The position numbers and the translations under genes are program-made. A stretch of 61,710 bases of DNA, counting the filler. It is 4 parts of 4 records of this genome, joined end to end, with 100 filler letters (N's around TTAATTAATTAA, not from the genome) between each part and the next. Parts side by side here need not be neighbours in the genome. Positions count along the whole stretch, not along the records: positions 1 to 12,641 come from SRR22947725_6773; positions 12,742 to 28,488 come from SRR22947725_6781; 2 more parts are not named here. One strand, written 5' to 3'. Shown here one piece after another: positions 9,407 through 19,385 of the stretch (positions are counted from its first letter, which is position 1; the number at the start of each line of letters is the position of its first letter). Below the pieces are notes generated by a model. That model worked only from the letters and a program-made list of their open reading frames with translations, did no database searches and was not told where the DNA came from.

Positions 9407-10632
9407 TAAACCTTTTTAAATACTAGTGAGGAATTAGTTCCACCAAAACCAAACGAGTTATTCATAACTGTTGTAATTTTCTTTTCTCTTGCTATGTTTG
9501 GTGTGAAATCTAGATTACATTCTGGATCTAAGTTATTAAGATTAATTGTAGGGGGAATAATTCCATCCCTAAGTGCTAGTAAAGAAAAAACAGATTCAAT
9601 TGCGCCGGCTGCTCCAAGTGTATGACCTGTCATAGATTTTGTAGAACTAATACTAGGGATATTATTTTTAAAAATATTTTTAATTGCATTTGATTCAGCA
9701 AGGTCACCTAAAGGAGTTGAGGTGCCATGTGCGTTTATATAATCAATTTCAGAATAATCTATTGCAGCATCTTTAAGCGCTTCATTCATTGCTGATGATG
9801 CTCCCTTTCCATTTTCTGGTGGTGCTGTCATATGGAATGCATCCGAGCTCATGCCGAAGCCTATTAATTCTCCGTAAATATGAGCACTTCTTTTCTTTGC
9901 ATGCTCATACTCTTCAAGTACAAGGGATGCTGACCCATCTGATAAAACAAAACCGTCTCTATTTTTATCCCAAGGTTTGCTAGCAGTAAGTGGATCAGAT
10001 GATTCAGACAAAGCTCGAGCAGCAATAAAACCTCCAATTCCAAGAGGTGTGCTAGACATCTCACCGCCTCCAGCAATCATGATATCAGCATCGCCATAAG
10101 AAATAGATCTAGCTGACATTCCTATCGAGTGACTTGCTGCAGAACATGCTGTTACAGTGCTCATTGAAGGGCCAGAGAAACCATTTTTAATAGAGATAAA
10201 GCCTGAAGCCATATTTATGATTGAACCTGGAACGAAAAAAGGTGATATTTTTTTATAACTATACTCGTTCAATAATTTATAATTTTTTTCGATATTAGAG
10301 ATTCCGCCAATGCCAGATCCAAAATTAACTCCTATCCTAGAAAGATTAAATGAGGAATCAATAGAGGCATCCTTTATAGCTTGAGAAGATGAAATTAAAG
10401 AATATTGAATAAATGGATCTAATCTTCTTATTTCTTTAACATCGAGATACTCTTTAAGATCTAAATTTTTAATTCTACCACCTATTGTTACTGGAGAATT
10501 TGGTATATTTGTGTCGTTAAAAGAAATGCCGGAGACGCCGTTTATGCAGGCATCCCAGGCATCATTGATACTATTTCCAATAGGGGAAACAATCCCCAAT
10601 CCTGTAACTACAACTCTTCTTTGTAGTTTCAC
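9406..10632 (-). CDS. fabF: Beta-ketoacyl-ACP synthase II
   Basis: RRVVVTGLG, TACSA (Cys), NAHGTST, GHTLGAAG and NSFGFGGTN motifs. Confidence 0.96.
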   Translation of the reverse strand: MKLQRRVVVTGLGIVSPIGNSINDAWDACINGVSGISFNDTNIPNSPVTIGGRIKNLDLKEYLDVKEIRRLDPFIQYSLISSSQAIKDASIDSSFNLSRIGVNFGSGIGGISNIEKNYKLLNEYSYKKISPFFVPGSIINMASGFISIKNGFSGPSMSTVTACSAASHSIGMSARSISYGDADIMIAGGGEMSSTPLGIGGFIAARALSESSDPLTASKPWDKNRDGFVLSDGSASLVLEEYEHAKKRSAHIYGELIGFGMSSDAFHMTAPPENGKGASSAMNEALKDAAIDYSEIDYINAHGTSTPLGDLAESNAIKNIFKNNIPSISSTKSMTGHTLGAAGAIESVFSLLALRDGIIPPTINLNNLDPECNLDFTPNIAREKKITTVMNNSFGFGGTNSSLVFKKV

Positions 10633-10637
10633 TAGAT

Positions 10638-10868
10638 TTAGGAATTAGAATTTATATAGTCTACTGCTTCATTAACAGTTGAAATTTTCTCGGCATCTTC
10701 ATCAGCAATTTCTAGATCAAACTCTTCTTCAAGTGCCATTACAAGTTCAACAGTATCAAGTGAATCAGCGCCCAAATCATCAACAAAAGATGAATCACTA
10801 TTAACTTCGTCAATTGAAGTGCCAAGCTGGTCACTTACTATTTTTTTTACTCTATCTTCAATACTCAT
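10638..10868 (-). CDS. acpP: Acyl carrier protein
   Basis: [20 protein letters not shown]. Confidence 0.98.
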   Translation of the reverse strand: MSIEDRVKKIVSDQLGTSIDEVNSDSSFVDDLGADSLDTVELVMALEEEFDLEIADEDAEKISTVNEAVDYINSNS

Positions 10869-10926
10869 ATTATCTCCCTTGATAAAAGAATGTCATTTTA
10901 CATGTTTTGAAATTAAGTTGCATTTA

Positions 10927-11643
10927 TTAATGCATAAATAATCCGCCGTCAACAGATATGGTTTGTCCAGTTATATATGCAGCTTCATCTGAAGCAAGAA
11001 AGAAAACAAGCTCAGAAATATCTTTCGTATTTCCAATTCTCCTTAATGGAATTTGAGACTCTAGATCAAGCCTAGCTTTGTCATCGAGATATTCAGTCAT
11101 ATCTGTATCTATAAAACCTGGTGCTATTGAATTAACAGTTATATTTCTAGAGCCTACTTCTTTAGCTAGTGATTTTGTAAACCCACTTAATGCCGCTTTA
11201 GAGGAAGAATAATTAACTTGACCAGCATTACCCATTAATCCTGAGACTGATGAGATATTTATTATCTTTCCATATCTACTCTTAACCATTTGTTTTACAA
11301 ACATTTTTGTTATGTTGAAAGTGCCAGTTAGATTTATATCGATAACATTGTCCCAGTCCTCATCTTTCATTCTTAAAAATAATTGGTCAGCTGTAATTCC
11401 GGCATTATTTACCAAGATATTTGGTAATAAATCTCTTTCTTTAAGGTTATTAAAAGCTTCTTTTATTGAATCTCTATCTGTTACATCAAGTCTAATAGGG
11501 ATAAGAGTTCCTTTAAAATTATTTTTTTTAAATTTGAATTCCGACCTTGCAGTACCAACAACATTGAAACCTTTATCAGCAAAGTGATAGGCAATTGATT
11601 CACCAATGCCTCTTGATGCTCCTGTTATCAATATATTTTTCAT
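10927..11643 (-). CDS. fabG: 3-oxoacyl-ACP reductase
   Basis: TGASRGIG, NNAGIT.D, GNAGQVNYSSSK and APGFIDTDMT; lies between fabD and acpP. Confidence 0.96.
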   Translation of the reverse strand: MKNILITGASRGIGESIAYHFADKGFNVVGTARSEFKFKKNNFKGTLIPIRLDVTDRDSIKEAFNNLKERDLLPNILVNNAGITADQLFLRMKDEDWDNVIDINLTGTFNITKMFVKQMVKSRYGKIINISSVSGLMGNAGQVNYSSSKAALSGFTKSLAKEVGSRNITVNSIAPGFIDTDMTEYLDDKARLDLESQIPLRRIGNTKDISELVFFLASDEAAYITGQTISVDGGLFMH

Positions 11644-12554
11644 ATCATATTCCTTAAATCTTCTTCGAAACTTGCTGATGACATTGTGAGAACATTTTGC
11701 AATCCATTAGATTTCGCTAAGCCAGATAAAACCTTACCAGGTCCGCATTCAATTAATATACCATCATGACTTTTAATGCATTTCATTGTCTCCACCCATT
11801 GAACTGGATTTGTGAGCTGATTGGTTAGATTCTCTTTAATTTTACTAGGATCTGAGATAATTTTAGCATCAACATTTTGAATAACATCTATATTAGGTTT
11901 TTTAATAACTATAGTGTCTAACTCTTTGTTTAGTTTGATGGAAGATTCTTTCATTAAAGAACAATGGGAGGCTGTTGATACTTTAAGCTTTATACATCTC
12001 TTAGCACCCTCCTCTTTAAGTTTTAAGGAAGCAACATCTACAGATTTATGATCTCCACCTATAACAGTCTGATTTGGAGTATTTATATTTGCAGAAGCTA
12101 CAGACATATTGGGGTTATTGCTGATTTCATTACAGATGTTATCAATTATAGGTTGATTCAAGCCCATAACAGCCATCATTGATCCACTAGGTGCTTCAGA
12201 CATAAACATACCTCTTTTGTATACAAGCTGAAGAGCTGTTTTTAATTCTAGAGATCCTGAAGCAACAAGTGCTGAATATTCTCCAAGAGAGTGGCCGGCT
12301 AATAAGTCCAGGGGATTAGGTAATAACTTTAACAATCTATTAAAATATAAATGAGACGCTAGAACCAAAGCGGGTTGAGTATAGAAGCTTTGGTTTAATT
12401 TTTCGGAATCTGATGTAACAATATCAAGCAAGTCGAAATCAAAAAAATTTTTATTAAAATTAGATGAATCTAATTCATGTTTTGAGAAATGATCTAGCAT
12501 TCCAAGAGATTGAGAGCCTTGTCCGGGAAAGACAACGCTAATATGTTTAGCCAT
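11640..12554 (-). CDS. fabD: Malonyl-CoA:ACP transacylase
   Basis: FPGQGSQ, TQPA, GHSLGEY, PVQW and ECGPGKVL motifs. Confidence 0.96.
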   Translation of the reverse strand: MAKHISVVFPGQGSQSLGMLDHFSKHELDSSNFNKNFFDFDLLDIVTSDSEKLNQSFYTQPALVLASHLYFNRLLKLLPNPLDLLAGHSLGEYSALVASGSLELKTALQLVYKRGMFMSEAPSGSMMAVMGLNQPIIDNICNEISNNPNMSVASANINTPNQTVIGGDHKSVDVASLKLKEEGAKRCIKLKVSTASHCSLMKESSIKLNKELDTIVIKKPNIDVIQNVDAKIISDPSKIKENLTNQLTNPVQWVETMKCIKSHDGILIECGPGKVLSGLAKSNGLQNVLTMSSASFEEDLRNMI

Positions 12555-12556
12555 AT

Positions 12557-12641
12557 CTAGCTTAATTCTTCTTCAGCCTCATCCTTTTCAGGTTTTCTAA
12601 GATCTTTGATTAGTCTACCTTTATAAAAACCATCTTTTGTC
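12557..12641 (-). CDS. rpmF: 50S ribosomal protein L32, C-terminal fragment (cut by contig end)
   Basis: Manual translation TKDGFYKGRLIKDLRKPEKDEAEEELS* matches the proteobacterial L32 T.DG.Y.GR motif; canonical position upstream of the fab genes. Confidence 0.8.
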
Positions 12642-12741
12642 NNNNNNNNNNNNNNNNNNNNNNNNNNNNNNNNNNNNNNNNNNNNTTAATTAATTAANNN
12701 NNNNNNNNNNNNNNNNNNNNNNNNNNNNNNNNNNNNNNNNN
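12642..12741. other. Artificial contig linker
   Basis: N44-TTAATTAATTAA-N44 gives stops in all six frames; genes on both sides are truncated and composition changes. Confidence 0.99.
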
Positions 12742-14030
12742 GCGTCTAACTTTTCAGGTTCTATTGGAGTAATCTTTGCTTTTCCTTTACCTCTTACCAC
12801 GCCCGCACTTATTAGTACTTCCACGGCACCTTCAATTGCTGGTAAGTCGTACATAATATCGAGCATGATAGTCTCCATGATAGATCGAAGTGCGCGGGCA
12901 CCTGTTTTCATTTCGACTGCCTGTTGGGCAATTGCTAAAATTGCTTCGCGAGTAAATCGCAGGTGTGCACCTTCCATCAGGAAAAGTTTACGATATTGTT
13001 TGAGCAGGGAATTTTTTGTCTCTTTTAAAATGCGAACTAATTCGGGGCGTGTGAGTTCGTCCAAAACTGAAACGATGGGCAATCGACCAATAAATTCAGG
13101 AATTAAACCGTATTTAACTAAATCTTCCGGTTTAACCACTGCCAATAATTCGTGAGATTCTTTGGGGGCATCTGCAGAATACCCTACCATTCGATTACCT
13201 GTTCTTTGTTCAATAATTTGATCGAGGTCAGTAAATGCACCTCCGCAAATAAATAAGATGTTGGAGGTGTCCAGTTGAATGTATTCTTGATTGGGGTGTT
13301 TTCTTCCACCCTGTGGAGGAACATTACAAATGGTACCTTCTAAGATTTTAAGTAGTGCCTGTTGGACGCCTTCGCCGGATACATCACGAGTAATTGAAAC
13401 ATTATCAGTCTTGCGACCAATTTTATCAATTTCGTCTACATAGATAATACCACACTGTGCTTTTTCCACATTTTGATCTGCCGATTGAAGAAGGCGAAGA
13501 ACGATATTTTCAACATCATCTCCGACATATCCTGCTTCAGTAAGAGTAGTAGCATCGGCAATCGCAAAGGGAACATCGAGCATTCGGGCGAGGGTACGGG
13601 CAAGGTAAGTTTTTCCACTCCCGGTTGGACCAATTAGTAGAACATTACTCTTTTCAATCTCCACATCATCCAATTCGCTGGATGAAAATTGGTCCAATTT
13701 ACAATCGCCGATGTTTAGTTCGGATGCTAATCTTTTGTAATGATTATGGACTGCGACTGATAATACTTTTTTTGCATGTTCCTGTCCGATCACATGTTGG
13801 TCAAGAAAACCCTTTATTACACTCGGTCTTTGCAGATTAAAAACTGGTTTCTCATCAGAACCTTTGGGAGGGGCAGTCTTTTCGCCCAATTCGCGATCGA
13901 TAATTGTTTTACATACACGCACGCAAGAATCGCATATGTAAACACTTGCAGGACCGGCAATCATCTTTTTAACCTCGCCCTGTGGTTTACCACAAAACGA
14001 ACAAAAATTGATCTTGGTCGGTTTCGCCAT
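12742..14030 (-). CDS. clpX: ATP-dependent Clp protease ATP-binding subunit (extreme 3' end cut by linker)
   Basis: CSFCGK...CDSC zinc-binding domain, [34 protein letters not shown] and GARALR. Confidence 0.98.
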
Positions 14031-14039
14031 AATGGATTT

Positions 14040-14639
14040 TTATTCCTTGGGCTTTTTGGAAATTACTTCGTCCACGATACCGTATTCTTTGGCTTCGTCT
14101 GCGGACATGTAATAGTCGCGGTCTGAGTCTTTTTCTAATTGTTCAATCGATTTCCCACTGTGTTGAGATAGAATTTCGTTGATTGTACGCCTCCAACGAA
14201 GAATTTCTTTGGCCGCGATTGAAATATCAGATGTTTGTCCACCAGCACCGCCACTGGGTTGATGAATCATGACCCTGCTGTTGGGTAATGCAAATCGTTT
14301 ACCAGGTGTTCCTGCAGCAAGGAGAACAGTACTCATACTCGCTGCCATGCCAATGCAATAGGTTACAATATTGCATTCCATAAAGTTCAATGTGTCGTAA
14401 ATCGCCATCCCGTCAGAAACACTTCCTCCAGGTGAATTGATGTACACATGAATGTCTTTTTTGGGGTCTTCCATTTGCAGGAAGAGCAACTGTGCAATGA
14501 TCGAGTTGGCCACATAATCATCAATCGGCGTGCCGATAAATACTATGCGGTCGCGAAGTAATCGACTGTAAATGTCCCAGGCACGCTCTTGGCGACCTTC
14601 GCGTTCGTATACGTATGGTAAAGGTAAATAGGCTCCCAT
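14040..14639 (-). CDS. clpP: Clp protease proteolytic subunit
   Basis: DIYSRLL, YINSPGG, GMAASM and MIHQP motifs. Confidence 0.98.
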   Translation of the reverse strand: MGAYLPLPYVYEREGRQERAWDIYSRLLRDRIVFIGTPIDDYVANSIIAQLLFLQMEDPKKDIHVYINSPGGSVSDGMAIYDTLNFMECNIVTYCIGMAASMSTVLLAAGTPGKRFALPNSRVMIHQPSGGAGGQTSDISIAAKEILRWRRTINEILSQHSGKSIEQLEKDSDRDYYMSADEAKEYGIVDEVISKKPKE

Positions 14640-14671
14640 GTTTTCGATTTGGTTATTCGTTAATTAAAATT

Positions 14672-16006
14672 TTAGTGTGAGTGTTCGCCATCGATTTCAC
14701 AAACTTTTTCCTTTGCTTTGGAGGCAACAAGTTCTAGTGTTTTGTCGTGTAGGACATCTTGTCGGAGACGACTAATCCGAGCTTGGTCTTTGGCTAACTC
14801 TTGCACATAGACCTGTGGGTCTGCACGCATCATCATTGCTTCGCGGGTCGCTGCTTGGGCTAGATCTTCGTTTGAAACTTCAATCTTTTCTAATTCTGCA
14901 ATTCTACTCAGAGTAATGGTGATTTTAACTCTTGCTTTGCCTTGTACTTGTGCTTCGTTCCAAAGTTCATCTCTCTTACTCTCCATATCCTCTTGTTTTG
15001 CACCCTGTTGGACTGCTCGTTGGATATTGGATTGAAAAATTGACTTGGACTCATCTTCCACTGCCTGTTGAGGGAGAGGGAAGTCTGGAGTTTCAAGAAA
15101 TTTTTGGGTAACTTGACTACGTTTACCGTCAATGTTTTCTCTTTCTTTTCGAGAGAGAAGGTCGTCTTTAATTTTCTTTTTTAAATCATCTACGTTTTCA
15201 ACCTTCAAAGCCTTTAAGAATTCCTCGTCGTCCACCGCTGGTGCTTTCTTTTCACGAACTTCGTGAATTTCGAGGGAGTAGATTACTTTTTTTCCAGCGA
15301 GTGGTGCGACTTCAAAGTCTTTTGCAAAATCTGCATCCACTTCTTTCTTGTCCTCCTTTTTCATGCCAATCACAGCTTGTGCAATTGCATCCACTCCCAA
15401 GCCTTTGGCTTGGCCGGCTTCCTCCCATGTATTGGTTTGTTTTCCGTACATCGGTTTATCGGGAAGAAGTTCCGCCACGGGGGAACCGTCCAGCATTCCT
15501 TCATAAGAACATTTTACATAGTCACCCTCTACGATCGCTCTTTCAACCTCTTCGAAGGAGGCTCGTTGATCACGAAGGGAGTCTAATTCTTTATCAACCT
15601 CTTCATCCTTAACTTCGGTGGGATGAGTAGTGAGTTCAAATTCTTCGTACTTAGGAAGTTCAAAATCGGGTTCTATATCCACAGTCACTTCCACTGTTGC
15701 CGGAATTCCTAACTGCACATCACCTGCATCCACCTTGAGGATAGAATAAACTTTAATATCTTTGTTTTCCAATACCGCTTCGTAAGCAGCAGTAGAAACC
15801 TTTCGGTTTAATTCCTGAATAATTTCAGTCGCGTATTTTTTACGAATGACTTGCTCGGGTGCTTTCCCTTTTCGAAAACCGGGGATATTTGCAATGCGAC
15901 TAAGCTCTTTACATACTTGATTTCCCTTTTCAGACATTTCGTCCAAGTCAAAGGATACATTTACTATTTTGCGAGCGTCTCCCGCCTCTTTTATTTCTAG
16001 ATTCAC
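14672..16006 (-). CDS. tig: Trigger factor
   Basis: IPGFRKGKAP signature and FKBP-like middle domain; tig-clpP-clpX order. Confidence 0.95.
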   Translation of the reverse strand: MNLEIKEAGDARKIVNVSFDLDEMSEKGNQVCKELSRIANIPGFRKGKAPEQVIRKKYATEIIQELNRKVSTAAYEAVLENKDIKVYSILKVDAGDVQLGIPATVEVTVDIEPDFELPKYEEFELTTHPTEVKDEEVDKELDSLRDQRASFEEVERAIVEGDYVKCSYEGMLDGSPVAELLPDKPMYGKQTNTWEEAGQAKGLGVDAIAQAVIGMKKEDKKEVDADFAKDFEVAPLAGKKVIYSLEIHEVREKKAPAVDDEEFLKALKVENVDDLKKKIKDDLLSRKERENIDGKRSQVTQKFLETPDFPLPQQAVEDESKSIFQSNIQRAVQQGAKQEDMESKRDELWNEAQVQGKARVKITITLSRIAELEKIEVSNEDLAQAATREAMMMRADPQVYVQELAKDQARISRLRQDVLHDKTLELVASKAKEKVCEIDGEHSH

Positions 16007-16133
16007 GGCTTTAGGTCAAAGAATATTGATTAGTATTAATGATGGTCTATGTGGAAATGCAACGAGCACAACACAAAGTAAGATATCATCAAAAAAAACC
16101 CTTAGGGTCAACGAGATAAAGGCACTCTTTATG

Positions 16134-16754
16134 TTAGCGACTTGGAGTCCAGTGAATTAGTTGAACACCTGAAATAAGCCTGGTCAGTTTGGATAGTCCC
16201 GATAATGAACTACGTAATTCTGTGGGTGAGAAGTCTTTAATTTGAAGAATCCATTCCCCTGTCTTAGAATGTTGGCCGATAATTTTGTACTGTTCTGGAT
16301 CTAGTTTTTGTTCAATTTCCTCTTTTGTTACTCCGGAGTGGGGGAGTAGGTAGACTTCAGATGCTCGATAAAAGTAGTACTCACATTCTCCATCGAAGAG
16401 GGCACTGCTTGATTGTTCCTGAGCCAGGATAAAGAGTCTTTCCGAGCGAAAAGACCCGGGCGACTCGATGACCCAAGAGCGTTGAAATACGGTTTGATTA
16501 AAATCCTCAGTGCTTTGATTATTTTCGAAATAGACCACGATGCCATAGGGAATTTTTTCCTTAATTGGTTCAGGGAGAGGATGGAATGGTTCTCCCCCCG
16601 ATGCACATTGCAATGATTCGTAATTACCGGGTCGTTCTTTGGTTTGGGTTTCTTTTTTCTCCAAAGCATAGCGGACGAGCATGGAGGAGAGGGCCACCCC
16701 GATGGCAATCCCAATCCAAATGGAAAAGGATCTTTCTTTTTTTGAAATAGACAT
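16134..16754 (-). CDS. Hypothetical membrane-anchored protein
   Basis: 206-aa ORF filling the gap, with an N-terminal hydrophobic helix (FSIWIGIAIGVALSSMLV). Confidence 0.7.
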   Translation of the reverse strand: MSISKKERSFSIWIGIAIGVALSSMLVRYALEKKETQTKERPGNYESLQCASGGEPFHPLPEPIKEKIPYGIVVYFENNQSTEDFNQTVFQRSWVIESPGSFRSERLFILAQEQSSSALFDGECEYYFYRASEVYLLPHSGVTKEEIEQKLDPEQYKIIGQHSKTGEWILQIKDFSPTELRSSLSGLSKLTRLISGVQLIHWTPSR

Positions 16755-16804
16755 TAAAAATTCGTTCGTTGCATATGTTAGGGTTTTTGCAGTAAAGAAA
16801 GATT

Positions 16805-17209
16805 ATGCTTTCGGCAAGCGTTGACATTCGAGTGCGTTACAAAGAAACCGATCAAATGGGAGTGGTTTACCATGCCAATTATTTTACATGGTTTGAAATT
16901 GCCCGGATCGAATTACTCGATCAAATGGGTTGCCCCTACATTGATTTGGAAAAAAAAGATTATTTTTTACCGGTGCTTACATGCTCGGCTTCTTTTCAAT
17001 CGCCCGCTTTTTTTGATGATCGACTCCAGGTGAAGGTGGAAATTGCAAAAATTCCCCTGGTTCGAATTCAAGCGAGTTATGAGGTGAGAAGAGGGAGTGA
17101 ATTACTGGTGACCGGTCAAACGGAGCATGCATTTGTTTCGGGTGCCGGGCGGGTAGTACGGCCACCAGGAAATTTTTTGAATCTCGCGAAAAAAAGTTTT
17201 GAAGATTAA
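16805..17209 (+). CDS. YbgC/FadM-family acyl-CoA thioesterase
   Basis: VRYKETDQMGVVYHANYFTWFEIAR motif. Confidence 0.92.
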   Translation: MLSASVDIRVRYKETDQMGVVYHANYFTWFEIARIELLDQMGCPYIDLEKKDYFLPVLTCSASFQSPAFFDDRLQVKVEIAKIPLVRIQASYEVRRGSELLVTGQTEHAFVSGAGRVVRPPGNFLNLAKKSFED

Positions 17210-17210
17210 T

Positions 17211-17750
17211 TTAGCTTATTGAACTGAGATACGCTTGCACAATTTCATCGGCAACTTGTTCGGTATTTCGCTTTTCGGTTGAAATACAATGATCTGCAAG
17301 AAGATATTTGGGTTCCCTTTTTTTCAGAAGCGATTGGATGGCTTCTTTGGGATTTTCCGTTTGAAGAAGCGGGCGAGAATTATTTTCTGAAGTTCTTTCC
17401 AAAATCGTATCGACGGAGGCATCGAGAGTGAAGACCTTTCCTTTTGATTTGAGCAATTCAATCATTCCTTCGGGAATGGGAAGTCCGCCCCCGCATGAAA
17501 TTAGGCAATTTGTTTTTGGGCAACCGGATTGAATAAACTTTTTTTCAAGTTCCCGGAATTTTGCCTCTCCCTCGTTTTCAAAGATTATGCGAATCGAAGA
17601 ACCGTAAGTTGCTTCAATTTGTTGATCCGAATCAAGGAATTCCATTTTTAACTTCTTCGCGGCCCATTTTCCGGCAGAACTTTTTCCCGTTCCCATGAAG
17701 CCAATTAGGTAAAGGTTGGGCGCCCGGACATTTTTTTTCTTTGGATTCAT
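17211..17750 (-). CDS. aroK: Shikimate kinase
   Basis: LIGFMGTGKS, GEAKFRELE, SCGGG and RPLL motifs. Confidence 0.95.
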   Translation of the reverse strand: MNPKKKNVRAPNLYLIGFMGTGKSSAGKWAAKKLKMEFLDSDQQIEATYGSSIRIIFENEGEAKFRELEKKFIQSGCPKTNCLISCGGGLPIPEGMIELLKSKGKVFTLDASVDTILERTSENNSRPLLQTENPKEAIQSLLKKREPKYLLADHCISTEKRNTEQVADEIVQAYLSSIS

Positions 17751-17816
17751 TCAAGTGAGCAAATAAGAAGTTGATAATTGCTTGCGAAACAGAGAAAATA
17801 TGGAGATAATAAAAAT

Positions 17817-18260
17817 ATGAATAACGACTCAGTGGAAGTCACCGTAAAAGGAGTAATGCCAACATCCAACGGATGCGCAATCTTTTTGGGGAATGATGAA
17901 AAGACCTTTGTCATATATGTAGACCCGGCAATCGGCAATGCGATCAATATGACGATTAATCAGGTCAAAAAGGAAAGACCCTTAACTCACGACCTGATTG
18001 GATTAATTCTGAGGGGATTAGAAACGCATATTGAACGGGTTCTTATTAACGATGTAGATGAGGGTACTTTCTTTGCCCGAATCATTTTACAAATGCAAAA
18101 TGAATTGGGGAAAAAAATTATTGAATTAGATGCCCGCCCGAGCGATTCAATTGTACTTGCCTTACAGATGAAACAACCGATTCATGTGTCCAAGAAAGTA
18201 TTGGAGAATGTGGAGGATATGTCCGAGATCCTCGAGCGCATTCTCCGTAAGCAGGATTAG
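17817..18260 (+). CDS. Bifunctional nuclease family protein (DUF151)
   Basis: RPLTHDL, GTFFARI and LDARPSDSIVLAL motifs; start reassigned to ATG 17817. Confidence 0.9.
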   Translation: MNNDSVEVTVKGVMPTSNGCAIFLGNDEKTFVIYVDPAIGNAINMTINQVKKERPLTHDLIGLILRGLETHIERVLINDVDEGTFFARIILQMQNELGKKIIELDARPSDSIVLALQMKQPIHVSKKVLENVEDMSEILERILRKQD

Positions 18261-18283
18261 CACTCGTTGGGGCGATTGTTTCA

Positions 18284-19384
18284 GTGATTTCAGAATTGAA
18301 ATCATTTCCGTTTAATCAAGTGAGTTCAATACCCCATTCTTTAATAGAGGGACAATGGCCCACTGCCCTTGCACCAATGCAGGATGTAACAAGCTTACCC
18401 TTTATGGAAGTAGTTGCAAAAAGAGGGGCTCCCGATTTTTTCTTTACGGAATTTTTTCGAGTACATGGAAACTCGAGAATCGATCAAGATATTCTTCTCG
18501 CAATTACTGAAAACCCAACCGATCAGCCGGTTTTTGCCCAATTAATTGGTGAAAATATAGAAGATTTAAGACGAACTGTTCGTGATTTTGCTCCTTATCC
18601 TATAGCAGGAATCGATTTAAATTTAGGGTGCCCAGCTCCTCGTGTATTTAAAAAAAATGTGGGGGGCGGGTTATTACGTTCACCTGAGCAAATCCTTGAA
18701 ATTTTGAAAATGCTTCGAAATGAAGTCAGTTCACTGCTTACAGTAAAAATGAGAATTGGTTTTGAAGATGATCGATTTTTTCAAGAATTATTGGAGGTAA
18801 TGAATGAAACCAAAGTTGACCTATTAAGCCTGCATGCTCGAACAGTACTGGGTGGTTATCGATCGGCGCCCAGTTACGATCATGTTAAAACCGCGGTACG
18901 GAGTGTGGGTTGTCCGGTTTTGTTAAACGGGAATGTGACCTCAGTTAAAAGTGCAATTAAGTTACGGGAACTCACCGGTTCCCATGGGGTAATGATTGGC
19001 AGGTCTGCAATTCGTAACCCTTGGATCTTTCGACAGATTCGAGAATCCCAGGATGGGGAAGAAGTTTTTTGTCCGACTTTATCGGATGTGTATGAATATG
19101 TTGTAGATCTTTATGATTCGATTGAAAAACCTGAAATTGAAGAGAGAAAAAATGTGGGTCGGATGAAAAAGTTTCTCAATTTTGTTGGATTATCTGTGGA
19201 TGCGGAAGGACAATTCCTGCACCTGATGCGCCGAACGCAAAGTAAAAAGGATCTGTTTGAAGTCTGTGCTCACTATTTACTTAGTGAAGGGCGAGAAGGT
19301 CAGTTTTACAATCTTGAACCATTTGATGGTCTAGTAGCGAGACCCAGTTCCGAATCCTCGTATTCCACCTGTCAACTAGGATAA
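18284..19384 (+). CDS. tRNA-dihydrouridine synthase family protein
   Basis: LAPM, IDLNLGCP, TVKMRIG, LHART, NGNV and GVMIGR motifs. Confidence 0.92.
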   Translation: MISELKSFPFNQVSSIPHSLIEGQWPTALAPMQDVTSLPFMEVVAKRGAPDFFFTEFFRVHGNSRIDQDILLAITENPTDQPVFAQLIGENIEDLRRTVRDFAPYPIAGIDLNLGCPAPRVFKKNVGGGLLRSPEQILEILKMLRNEVSSLLTVKMRIGFEDDRFFQELLEVMNETKVDLLSLHARTVLGGYRSAPSYDHVKTAVRSVGCPVLLNGNVTSVKSAIKLRELTGSHGVMIGRSAIRNPWIFRQIRESQDGEEVFCPTLSDVYEYVVDLYDSIEKPEIEERKNVGRMKKFLNFVGLSVDAEGQFLHLMRRTQSKKDLFEVCAHYLLSEGREGQFYNLEPFDGLVARPSSESSYSTCQLG

Positions 19385-19385
19385 A

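Noticed and set aside
16007..16133. Possible tRNA upstream of tig
   Set aside because: No cloverleaf, T-loop GTTC motif or CCA end is visible.
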